From the NCBI RefSeq assembly GCF_003018235.1, contig NZ_CP027437.1: DNA of 64,000 nucleotides; one strand, 5' to 3'. Each line of letters starts with the position of its first letter. The first letter of the stretch is position 1. Positions 1 to 9,688 of this stretch are shown here, one piece after another. Source of the stretch: Escherichia coli (GTDB taxonomy: Bacteria; Pseudomonadota; Gammaproteobacteria; Enterobacterales; Enterobacteriaceae). Both the position numbers and the translations under genes were made by a program. Under the pieces are notes generated by a model, which saw only the letters and a program-made list of their open reading frames with translations, did no database searches and had not been told where the DNA came from.

Positions 1-1128
1 TTGGACCTGGCTTAAGATCTGGCTAAGTGGTTGTGATGATGTATCGTAGATTTTCAGCTCTGCGGATGGATTCGCGGGTGCGCTTACCGCTGCGGTGGTT
101 GCCGCCGGGGCGCTTACAGGCACCGGCTGGGCCGCAGGTTGTTCACCGGTCAGATCGCTAACCGAGGCTTGTGCCGGGCTGGCAACGCCATCCACGGTTT
201 GCGGCTGAGGTTGTTCTGCTACGTCTGCGGCAGGTGCGGCAGCTACCTGAGCCGCCACTGGCTGAGTGCCGATATTTTTCGCCGCTTCAAAGCCTTGCTG
301 AATAGTGCGACCAAATACCGCTGCCTGGCCATTCAGTGGCAAAAGCAGGGCGATTTTGTTGGTCGATGCGGGTTTAAACGCTTTTACGTTAACCAACTGC
401 GTTGGCAGCATTTTCGCGCCCGGGTTGTTCGGATAACGTTTCTGCCAGTCGGCGATCCCGGCTTTCATCATGTCGGGATCGTTACGGTTATCAAACCAGA
501 TGCGCTGCAGATCCAACCAGCCTTGCAGAATATTTTCGTCGGCATTGATCACCAGCGTATTCGCCTGTTCCTGAGTCATGGAGGAGAGCGCCTGCCAGGT
601 GGCGTCAATATTCTGCTGCTTTTCTTTCGCACCGAGCAGCGGTTCCTGAGCAATTAACGCGCGCAGTAAATCAATGGAAGGACGCCCCTGGCTGGCATCG
701 ATTTTTGCCTGCCAGTAACGCGCTTGCTGGTTTTGTTCTAAATCTGCAGGTGTGATTTTCGCCAGCAAGTTTTGCGCGCCAGCAAAATCTTTCTGCGCCA
801 GTTTAATCTCTGCCGCCAGCAGTGTTTTCTCGCGACGCTGAGAATCGTTCAGTTCTTGCGGTAGTTGGTTAAACAACTCCACCGCCTGTCCGGTTTTACC
901 TTCTTTCACCAGTGCACGAATGGCGAGTAATTGCCAGTTGATCCTGGTATCATCAGAACTTTGCTGCATCTGTTGCAGGTAAAAGGCAGAATCAGCCTGC
1001 GCCGTGCCCTGCATATAAGCAGTGGACTGATCGGGAGTATGGGTGCCACAACCGGCGAAAATCAGGGCTGCCAGAACAACAGGCAGACAACGCGCGGCTT
1101 TCAAACGAGAAAATGTTGAGGGTACCAT
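1..1128 (-). CDS. lpoA: Penicillin-binding protein activator LpoA (N-terminal 376 codons; 3' end runs off window start)
   Basis: Minus-strand frame open from ATG at 1126-1128 to position 1; translation starts MVPSTFSRLKAARCLPVVLAALIFAGCG (lipoprotein signal, lipobox) and matches recalled LpoA; divergent from rsmI as in E. coli. Confidence 0.85.
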   Translation of the reverse strand, partial: MVPSTFSRLKAARCLPVVLAALIFAGCGTHTPDQSTAYMQGTAQADSAFYLQQMQQSSDDTRINWQLLAIRALVKEGKTGQAVELFNQLPQELNDSQRREKTLLAAEIKLAQKDFAGAQNLLAKITPADLEQNQQARYWQAKIDASQGRPSIDLLRALIAQEPLLGAKEKQQNIDATWQALSSMTQEQANTLVINADENILQGWLDLQRIWFDNRNDPDMMKAGIADWQKRYPNNPGAKMLPTQLVNVKAFKPASTNKIALLLPLNGQAAVFGRTIQQGFEAAKNIGTQPVAAQVAAAPAADVAEQPQPQTVDGVASPAQASVSDLTGEQPAAQPVPVSAPAATTAAVSAPANPSAELKIYDTSSQPLSQILSQVQ

Positions 1129-1191
1129 AATGTATCCAGTGATATTTTTTTACGCAATGCTCAATATTAAATCGGCAATACGGACGACACA

Positions 1192-2055
1192 ATGAAACAA
1201 CACCAATCGGCGGATAATTCTCAGGGCCAGCTTTACATTGTACCGACGCCAATCGGCAATCTGGCGGATATCACCCAGCGTGCGTTGGAGGTATTACAGG
1301 CCGTTGATCTGATTGCCGCCGAGGATACGCGTCACACCGGTTTATTGCTGCAACATTTTGGGATTAATGCTCGGTTGTTTGCGCTGCACGACCATAACGA
1401 ACAACAAAAAGCCGAAACGCTGCTGGCGAAGCTGCAAGAGGGGCAAAACATTGCGCTGGTTTCCGATGCCGGAACGCCGCTAATTAACGATCCTGGCTAC
1501 CATCTGGTGCGTACCTGCCGTGAAGCGGGGATTCGCGTGGTGCCGCTACCCGGGCCGTGTGCTGCTATCACTGCGTTAAGCGCCGCGGGTTTACCATCCG
1601 ATCGTTTTTGTTATGAAGGCTTTTTACCTGCCAAATCAAAAGGCCGCCGTGATGCGCTAAAAGCCATTGAAGCGGAGCCGCGCACGCTGATTTTTTATGA
1701 ATCTACCCACCGTCTGTTAGATAGCCTGGAAGATATCGTTGCGGTATTAGGCGAATCCCGCTACGTGGTTCTGGCGCGTGAGCTAACCAAAACCTGGGAA
1801 ACCATTCACGGCGCGCCCGTTGGCGAGCTGCTGGCGTGGGTAAAAGAAGATGAAAACCGTCGCAAAGGCGAAATGGTGCTGATTGTCGAAGGCCATAAAG
1901 CGCAGGAAGATGACCTGCCTGCTGATGCCCTGCGCACGCTGGCGCTGCTACAGGCAGAACTGCCGCTGAAAAAAGCGGCGGCGCTGGCCGCAGAAATTCA
2001 CGGCGTGAAAAAAAATGCGCTGTATAAGTATGCGCTGGAGCAGCAGGGAGAGTGA
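1192..2055 (+). CDS. rsmI: 16S rRNA 2'-O-ribose C1402 methyltransferase RsmI
   Basis: 287-aa [31 protein letters not shown]..., tetrapyrrole-methylase-like fold typical of RsmI/YraL. Confidence 0.9.
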   Translation: MKQHQSADNSQGQLYIVPTPIGNLADITQRALEVLQAVDLIAAEDTRHTGLLLQHFGINARLFALHDHNEQQKAETLLAKLQEGQNIALVSDAGTPLINDPGYHLVRTCREAGIRVVPLPGPCAAITALSAAGLPSDRFCYEGFLPAKSKGRRDALKAIEAEPRTLIFYESTHRLLDSLEDIVAVLGESRYVVLARELTKTWETIHGAPVGELLAWVKEDENRRKGEMVLIVEGHKAQEDDLPADALRTLALLQAELPLKKAAALAAEIHGVKKNALYKYALEQQGE

Positions 2056-2158
2056 TATCTCTCCGTGGCCCCGTTTGAAGAACCCATGGGCCGCCTGCTA
2101 AACAATCAGTCTTTTTAGTGAATACCGCCGTAAATCCTCGCTCCGTGCGGACTGACCA

Positions 2159-3115
2159 TCAGGGAGCTAGTTGCGTGGTATAGTTGGCAGCGACCCAACG
2201 ATAACCCTTGCTGTTGCTTTTAACATGCCCCAGGCCAGGGAATGAGATATGGGCAGCTGCCACCCAGTAACCACCCTGAGCCGCATGTTTTAATACTCGC
2301 TCACGGGTTTTTACCGCTTGCTGTTGATCCACATCGAAATGTATCGCCACGTGAGGATCCGGCATCTGCACTGCTTTGGCATGAATAATATCACCCCACA
2401 ACACTAGCGTCTGGCCTTCACTCTCCACTGTGTACATCACGCTTCCAGGTGTATGGCCGGCCGTTGAGGTGGCCGTAATGTCTGCAAATACCGTTGCCGG
2501 TGCGATAAAGGTTTTCAGCTGACCTGCGTTGATCACTGGGCGGATGGTCTGCTCCGATTCGACAAAGGTGTGCTTCTGACTCTCTTCTACTTTCGAGGCA
2601 TTCGCCGGATTAAGCCAGAAATCCGCATCTTTCTGCTCAACGAATACCTGGGCGTTAGGGAAAGCTGGTTTGCCCTGACGGGAGATGCCACCAGAGTGGT
2701 CGGCATGAATATGCGTCAGCAGCACGGCATCAATGGTTTCAGCCGGATAGCCAGCAGCTGCCAGGTTCTCAAGCAGTTGGCCTCCATTGTTGCCAAACAG
2801 ATCGCCCGCACCGGCATCAATCAACACGCGTTGCTGACCATTATCAATAACAAATGCATTGATTGAAGTCTCCGTATGGGGTGTCAGAGAATCCTTTGCC
2901 AGTTGCTGGCGCAGTTTATCGGCAGGAATGTGGGTGAGTAATTTATCTAGCGGAATTGTCACCGTGCCGTCGGAGACGGCGGTAATACGTAGTTTGCCCA
3001 ATATCATGCGGTAATAGCCCGGTGCTTGTGTATCAGGAGGGGGCACAGGTATAGGCGTTGCTAACGCATTTACGGAGAGTACCAGTGAGGTCACCAGAGT
3101 CAGCAAAAGTTTCAT
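2159..3115 (-). CDS. Secreted metallo-beta-lactamase-fold hydrolase (unknown substrate)
   Basis: 318-aa ORF with N-terminal signal peptide (MKLLLTLVTSLVLSVNALA) and HxHxDH motif (THIHADHSGG); not part of the K-12 gene order at this position. Confidence 0.75.
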   Translation of the reverse strand: MKLLLTLVTSLVLSVNALATPIPVPPPDTQAPGYYRMILGKLRITAVSDGTVTIPLDKLLTHIPADKLRQQLAKDSLTPHTETSINAFVIDNGQQRVLIDAGAGDLFGNNGGQLLENLAAAGYPAETIDAVLLTHIHADHSGGISRQGKPAFPNAQVFVEQKDADFWLNPANASKVEESQKHTFVESEQTIRPVINAGQLKTFIAPATVFADITATSTAGHTPGSVMYTVESEGQTLVLWGDIIHAKAVQMPDPHVAIHFDVDQQQAVKTRERVLKHAAQGGYWVAAAHISFPGLGHVKSNSKGYRWVAANYTTQLAP

Positions 3116-3196
3116 TCTATCCTCGATAAGTTCTGTTATTACAGTACGGGCACCAGTATCCTTTTGCGGATAACATCATTCAAATTGATTAATATA

Positions 3197-4132
3197 ATGA
3201 ACTCTATCAGAGAAAATGATTTAAACCGGGTCGACCTCAACCTGCTAATCGTGTTCCTGGTGCTACATCGAGAGGGGGAGCGTTTCACGTGCAGCCAACA
3301 AGTTACACTTGGGGCAGCCAGCAGTCAGTGGCGCGCTGGCACGGCTGAGAGAAATGTTTAACGACCCGTTATTTGTGCGCACGGCAAAGGGGATGGCACC
3401 GACACCACGTGCACAAGATCTGGTTACGGCACTACTGCCGGTGATGGATCAAATGCAGCAGGTGATTTTTCAAAGGCCAGTTTTTACCCCAGAACAGGAT
3501 CAGCATACGTTTCGCCTGGGGATGAGTGACTGGGTCGAACGCTGGCTGATGCCTGGAATGATGGCAGATATAGCCCAAATGGCACCCGGGATTCGCTTAC
3601 AAGTCACGGCATCCGATCCTTTCCAGGATGGCGAAAAAGTGCAACAGGATAAGGTGGACGTAGCAATCTCCGTCGTGGAGCAGGTGCCCGCCGGAGTGGA
3701 ACGAGAAGTGATCACTCAAATGGGTTTTTGTACGATGTGGCATCCGCTCCAGTTATCTATCACTTCACCGTTAACCCTTGATGTATATACTGAAACCGAC
3801 CATCTTTTGGTCTCTTATCGCGGTGCAAGCAGTAGCTCTATCGATCTGATTTTGGCTGACTGCGGGCGTGGGAAGTGCGTTACGTCACGCCAAATTTCTC
3901 ATCGTTACCGTTGATGTTGAGACAGATACCGGCTTTAGCGACCGTACCGCAGGGGCTGGCAGAAGGTTGGGTAGCCGATTATGGGTTGCAATTTGCCGAT
4001 GTCCCACTCGAGGTTCCTGCTTTTACGCTCTCTCTACTCTGGAATAAGCGGCGTAATAATGATGAGGCGCTGCGCTGGTTACTAGAGAAATTACGTGCAC
4101 GAATGCAGGGCTGGGAGATGTTTTCAGAATGA
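3197..4132 (+). pseudogene. LysR-family transcriptional regulator disrupted by two frameshifts
   Basis: Three consecutive ORFs (3164-3361, 3309-3914, 3875-4132) in frames 2/0/2 together encode one LysR protein (HTH ...SVSRAANKLHLGQPAVSGALARLREMF, then substrate-binding domain); +1 shift in G5 run at 3274-3278, -1 shift near 3860-3875. Confidence 0.7.
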
Positions 4133-4189
4133 GTTTGAAAACGTAACAATGTGAACAGAAAATAAGGGCTTTCTAAATTAAATAATTCC

Positions 4190-4329
4190 TGTTGAATATC
4201 ATCGTTAGCGACAACATCATCCACGACTACCAGCAGATTTGCACCGATGGTGGATGTTCAGGTCACGCCAACCTGGCCATGAACCAGAAGGTTATCAATA
4301 CGGGTTAAGAGAATATTGAGTAATGTCAT
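4190..4329 (-). pseudogene. agaB: Remnant of PTS EIIB (mannose family, agaB-like) with premature TGA at codon 24
   Basis: ATG at 4327-4329 with AGGAG RBS; MTLLNILLTRIDNLLVHGQVGVT*TSTIGANLLVVVDDVVANDDIQQ; conserved RID..L(I/V)HGQV EIIB motif; in-frame TGA at 4258-4260; similarity ends around 4190, before the convergent LysR pseudogene. Confidence 0.6.
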
Positions 4330-4383
4330 AGTCTTATCTCCTGTTATCCTTGTCGCCTTTCATTTTTCGTTCTTTTGGCGGCA

Positions 4384-4413
4384 ATAAAAAAGGCAGATAA
4401 TTAATTATCTGCC
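4384..4413 (-). terminator. Rho-independent terminator downstream of the C-S lyase gene
   Basis: Perfect palindrome GGCAGATAATTAATTATCTGCC (4392-4413) followed on the minus strand by a U-run (A-run 4384-4391 on plus). Confidence 0.5.
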
Positions 4414-4420
4414 CTGTGGT

Positions 4421-5593
4421 TTATGCGATTTTTTGCATCCTTTCTAATGCTTGTTCAAGCCAGTATCTTTGGGTGCCGAAGTTTAAACGTAAGTAGTTTT
4501 CACCGTTTTGCACATAATGGCTGCCATCTTCAATAATGACTCCAGCGTTGCGGGCAAAATGATTGACCCATTCGGTCGCGGAGCGTCCACTTTCACTGAC
4601 ATCAATCCATGCCAGATATGACGATTCTGGTGTCATCATTTTCCATTCAGGAAAATGCGTCTTGAGGGCATCATTAAGCCAGTGGGAGTTATTGCGTAAA
4701 TAGATATTTAATGCATCCAGCCACGGTCTTGCATGCTGATAAGCCAGTGTAATTCCCCAAACGCCAAAAATATTCGGCGAAGTGATTGAGTTCATTTCCA
4801 GTCTCTGGCGAAAACGCTGCCTCAATCCTTTATTCGGAATGACTGAGTAAGATGTTTTCAGTCCCCCTAGGTTAAAGGCTTTATTTGGTGATGTTAGCAG
4901 GACCAGATTATCGTGATCGGCACATCCGGTAGCCAGGCAACTGACAAACTCGCCTTCCAGCAGGTGCTCGGCATGGACTTCATCCACGACCAGAATGACG
5001 CCGTAACGTTTACATAAGTCCGAAACCTGGCGAATCTCATCTGCCGTCCAGATTCGCCCGGAAGGGTTATGTGGAGAGCAGAAAAACCATAGTTTAGGTT
5101 TATGAAGTTTAAGCTGATCTTCAACCAGCGAAAAATCCAGTTGATAACGGTTATCCGCAATGCTTAACGGATTTGCCAGCACTTTAACCCCCTGGCGCTC
5201 TGTTGCCATGGCAAAAGGGTCATAGACTGGCGTATTCATCATGACGCTATCGCCCGGCTGGCAGAACGCCTGAACCATATAGTGCAGCGTTGAGACAGTA
5301 CCATAGGTTAGGGTGATCCAATTCTGCTCGATACTTACGTGGTGACGATCGCGCTGGAAGCCTATCACGGCCTCATAAAACTCATTAAAGGCGTATGTGT
5401 AGCCGAAAGTTCCGTGCTCAACAATCCGTTGAAAACCGTCAATTACCGCTGGTGGCGAAGTAAAATCCATATCAGCGATCCAAAGAGGGATAAAATCTTC
5501 TGCAACCGCACCGAAGCGTGAGCAGACAAACTGATGATCCCATTTGCGGCACTTGTCGCTTTTACGCTCGATAATTCTATCGAAATCGAACAT
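4421..5593 (-). CDS. PLP-dependent aminotransferase class I/II, MalY/PatB-type C-S lyase (cystathionine beta-lyase-like)
   Basis: 390-aa ORF, AGGAG RBS; N-terminus MFDFDRIIERKSDKCRKWD and overall pattern resemble E. coli MalY; 12 nt downstream of the PTS gene (operon). Confidence 0.85.
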   Translation of the reverse strand: MFDFDRIIERKSDKCRKWDHQFVCSRFGAVAEDFIPLWIADMDFTSPPAVIDGFQRIVEHGTFGYTYAFNEFYEAVIGFQRDRHHVSIEQNWITLTYGTVSTLHYMVQAFCQPGDSVMMNTPVYDPFAMATERQGVKVLANPLSIADNRYQLDFSLVEDQLKLHKPKLWFFCSPHNPSGRIWTADEIRQVSDLCKRYGVILVVDEVHAEHLLEGEFVSCLATGCADHDNLVLLTSPNKAFNLGGLKTSYSVIPNKGLRQRFRQRLEMNSITSPNIFGVWGITLAYQHARPWLDALNIYLRNNSHWLNDALKTHFPEWKMMTPESSYLAWIDVSESGRSATEWVNHFARNAGVIIEDGSHYVQNGENYLRLNFGTQRYWLEQALERMQKIA

Positions 5594-5605
5594 TTTTAAC
5601 TCCTG

Positions 5606-7177
5606 TTAAATTAAAGCTTCAAGGCCCGTTTTCACACTTTGAACTTGCGGGCCAATAATTACCTGCACACTGTGAGCATCCAGTACAACCACCGACAGGG
5701 CACCTGCATTCTTTAACGTGGCTTGATCCACTTTCGACATATCTTTCACCACCAAACGTAAACGAGTAATACAGTTATCCAGTGAATCAATATTTTCTTT
5801 TCCGCCAAGCGCACTCAAAATCACAGCATGATCATATTTAGATTTGCCTCGTGCTTTTGAATTTGCTGCAACAGCCTGTGCTGCATCCTCAGATGAGTCT
5901 TCACGGCCTGGGGTTTTAATATCATGCTTAAGGATGTACCAACGGAAAACAAAGAAATAAATAGCAAACCAAACAATACCCACCGGAAGTATTAAATACC
6001 ATTTAGTAGAAGTACCCTGCATGATACCAAATATTAATAAATCCAAAATCCCGCCATCAGTATTACCGATAGTCACGCCCAGGATTGCCATAACCATTAA
6101 GGCCAGACCGGACATGATAATATGGAATATATACAACGCAGGAGCAATAAAGAGGAATAAAAACTCAATTGGTTCAGAAATGCCAGTAACAACAGATACT
6201 AATACGCCTGAAAGCAGTAAGCCTTTAATTACAGGACGATTTTCTGGTTTGGCTGTACGATAAATTGCGTAAGCCACAGCAGGCAAACCAAACATAAAGG
6301 TTGGCATAAAGCCTTGGGATAAAAACGCAGTAACATGTGGGCTAAAGGGAAGACCGGCTTTTAATTCTGCATAGAAAATATTGAGTGCTCCGGCAACTTC
6401 ATGACCGTCGACAATTTCTGTACCGCCCGCAGGTGTGAAGCGAACCATTGCAAGCAAGATATGATGTAGCCCGAAAGGCTTAAGCAAAAGCACACCAACG
6501 CCATAAAGGAACGGGCCGAATACGCTGGTACTTTGAATAATGTGGCCAATACCAGCAATACCCATTGCAACATAGGTCCAGAGCAAAGGAATGGCCTGGC
6601 CTACTAATGATAATGTTAGCGAAGTGATGATGGGTACGAAGCGGATACCGCTAAAGAAGGCAAAGGCATCATGTAATACAGTATCCTGAAAACGTTCGTG
6701 GAGAAAATAAGTTATTACCCCGGCGATGATGCCACCTAAAACGCCCATCTCTAAGGTTTGAATACCTAATACTACAGATTGACCAACCTGCTTCATCGTG
6801 GCAGCATCGGCAAGTTGATGGGTAACAGTGAGATAATAATTAATACTCATGTTCATTAGCATATAGCCAACAAAACCTGAATATGCGCCTACTGCTTTAT
6901 TTCTCTTTGCCATTCCTAATGGAATTGCAATAGCAAACATAACAGGTAGATAAGTAAATGCAAAGCCACCTACCATTGCAATAAAGCCAAATGTAAGTTG
7001 GGTAAGCTCACCACCTAAAAAGGGGAAGTTATTAATTGTTGAGGGGCTGGTTACTGAACTACCTATACCTAACAGAAGTCCCATAAAAGCGAGTAATGAT
7101 ACTGGGAACATAAATGTTTTCCCTAAACTTTGGAAAAACTCCCAGACCCGTGACTTTATAGACTTTTCCTGTGTCAT
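5606..7177 (-). CDS. PTS glucose/maltose-family EIICB component (MalX-like)
   Basis: 523-aa ORF; membrane EIIC domain followed by EIIB domain with the conserved phospho-cysteine motif NCITRLR; AAGGAG RBS; resembles MalX/PtsG. Confidence 0.85.
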   Translation of the reverse strand: MTQEKSIKSRVWEFFQSLGKTFMFPVSLLAFMGLLLGIGSSVTSPSTINNFPFLGGELTQLTFGFIAMVGGFAFTYLPVMFAIAIPLGMAKRNKAVGAYSGFVGYMLMNMSINYYLTVTHQLADAATMKQVGQSVVLGIQTLEMGVLGGIIAGVITYFLHERFQDTVLHDAFAFFSGIRFVPIITSLTLSLVGQAIPLLWTYVAMGIAGIGHIIQSTSVFGPFLYGVGVLLLKPFGLHHILLAMVRFTPAGGTEIVDGHEVAGALNIFYAELKAGLPFSPHVTAFLSQGFMPTFMFGLPAVAYAIYRTAKPENRPVIKGLLLSGVLVSVVTGISEPIEFLFLFIAPALYIFHIIMSGLALMVMAILGVTIGNTDGGILDLLIFGIMQGTSTKWYLILPVGIVWFAIYFFVFRWYILKHDIKTPGREDSSEDAAQAVAANSKARGKSKYDHAVILSALGGKENIDSLDNCITRLRLVVKDMSKVDQATLKNAGALSVVVLDAHSVQVIIGPQVQSVKTGLEALI

Positions 7178-7314
7178 TTAATAGACTCCTTGATTTTTAT
7201 AAGCATAGTTTCAAGGTCATGAAAAAGTAATCATGACCTTTTATATTTGTGAGGTAAGTTGTTTTTTATTGTCTGAATACAGCTGCTAAGAAACTGTTAT
7301 TCACATATTTTTAA

Positions 7315-8184
<870 letters not shown>

Positions 8185-9339
8185 TTATGCCTGCCACGGA
8201 TGAATGATTACGCCTTGCACCACGCGGTTAACGGTGCCACTGGCTGATGGGGTATCCGGCGTATTGCCCATGTGCAGCGACTGCATCAGTGCAAACGTCT
8301 GGGCGTACATCAGGAAGCAAAATGCCTGCTCAACGTCGATAAAGTGACGGGACGGCGGCAGGATGATATGTGGACCGGCGGTAATAACGTCGTTGCTTTC
8401 CGCGGCGATAGCGATTACGCGCATCGCCTGGTTGTCACGACGAAGTTCAGCCAGCAGATCAAGATCATACTGGCGGGTGTAAGGGTGGCTGGAGACAAAT
8501 ACCACCACCAGCGTTTCGTTATCGACCAGCGATTTTGGTCCATGACGGAATCCGGTCGGGGAATCATAAAAGGCCGCCAGTTTACCCGCCGTCAGTTCCA
8601 GTACTTTCAGCGCCGACTCGCGTGCTGCGCCCTGTAAGCCACCGCTGCCGAGATAAACGATCCGTTTCCACGGTGCGTAACCAAACACACCTTCGCTGAA
8701 ATCGCTCAGTGAGGTTAGGATCGCCTGGCAACGATCCGCCACGTCGCGGAAGCTCTGGCTGTTGATCGTCTCAGGTGCGAAAACCGCGAGGCAGCTGGCC
8801 ATCATGGTGGTAATGCTGCTGGTCATCGCAAAGCCGCGATCGTGCGTTTCTGCGGGCATCAGCAGGGCAAACGCGTTGTCGCTGTTGATCGCGTTTTGGT
8901 AAAGAGCGCCCGCTTCGTTGCAGGTGATCGGCAGGTGATAGCACTCGGGTACAAATTGATTTGCCAGTTCCACGGCGGCGACGCTTTCCGGGCTGTTGCC
9001 GGATCGACCGAAGGAGATCAACAGCAGCGGATGAGCTGGATTCAGGTAGTCCATCGGATTGGTGACCAGATCGGTGGTCGGTACGGCGCTGAAGTTTTTA
9101 CCGGTATGGCTGGCGAGCCACGGCGCGATGATGTCACCGATAAATGCCGAGGTTCCGGCTCCGGTCAGGATTACCCGCAGATTCTCTTTGCGCAGTAACG
9201 GTTCAAGGAAGTTATTGAGCGCGGAACGTAGCGCGTCGATGTTGGTGAGTGAACGGATCCATGCGCGAGGCTGATGGCGGATCTCTTCTTCAGTCCATGT
9301 ACCGGTTGCGGCAGCAGCAGGGGTGTAATTTTCTGGCAT
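8185..9339 (-). CDS. agaS: Galactosamine-6-phosphate deaminase/isomerase AgaS (SIS domain)
   Basis: 384-aa ORF, tandem SIS domains, matches recalled AgaS length and N-terminus. Confidence 0.9.
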   Translation of the reverse strand: MPENYTPAAAATGTWTEEEIRHQPRAWIRSLTNIDALRSALNNFLEPLLRKENLRVILTGAGTSAFIGDIIAPWLASHTGKNFSAVPTTDLVTNPMDYLNPAHPLLLISFGRSGNSPESVAAVELANQFVPECYHLPITCNEAGALYQNAINSDNAFALLMPAETHDRGFAMTSSITTMMASCLAVFAPETINSQSFRDVADRCQAILTSLSDFSEGVFGYAPWKRIVYLGSGGLQGAARESALKVLELTAGKLAAFYDSPTGFRHGPKSLVDNETLVVVFVSSHPYTRQYDLDLLAELRRDNQAMRVIAIAAESNDVITAGPHIILPPSRHFIDVEQAFCFLMYAQTFALMQSLHMGNTPDTPSASGTVNRVVQGVIIHPWQA

Positions 9340-9520
9340 AACTCAATCCTTAGTCTGATGAACTTGACGTCGGGCGTTGTCGCTTTCGCTTACCTTTCGT
9401 TTCATTTCACTTGGTGATGTCTTTCGTTGATTAAAATCTATAGAAAAGAAACTGAAAGTTCAATGGAGAAAAAAGAAATAAAACGAAATTTGTGATCATT
9501 GAAAGAAAAGACAAGGGAAG
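9340..9520 (-). promoter_or_regulatory. agaS promoter region with AgaR-type operator repeats
   Basis: Arrays of TTTC/GAAA repeats (cgctttcgcttacctttcgtttcatttcac; gaaactgaaagtt; aaacgaaatttg) typical of DeoR-type AgaR operators upstream of agaS. Confidence 0.45.
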
Positions 9521-9560
9521 ATTAAAGGATGGCGTGATGACGTTGCTATGTTCACCGATT

Positions 9561-9614
9561 GCCGGATGCGGCGTACCGTAGGTCAAAGAAGACGCGTCAG
9601 CGTCGCATCCGATA
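9561..9614. repeat. REP (repetitive extragenic palindromic) element pair
   Basis: GCCGGATGCGGCG ... CGTCGCATCCGATA inverted units between agaA stop and agaS promoter. Confidence 0.5.
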
Positions 9615-9688
9615 CCCTGCACAGAGCACAACGAAAGAAAAAGAAAGGCCTTACGGGGGAAGTGAAGGCCCAATAAAGGAGCAAACCA

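Noticed and set aside
139-657. 172-aa plus-strand ORF at the window start
   Set aside because: Lies antisense to the lpoA coding frame, which is continuous and matches LpoA; shadow ORF
3164-4132. Possibility that the LysR frame changes are programmed frameshifting
   Set aside because: No slippery heptamer or stimulatory structure; the shifts sit in simple G-runs and each partial frame terminates soon after, which fits mutation or sequencing error
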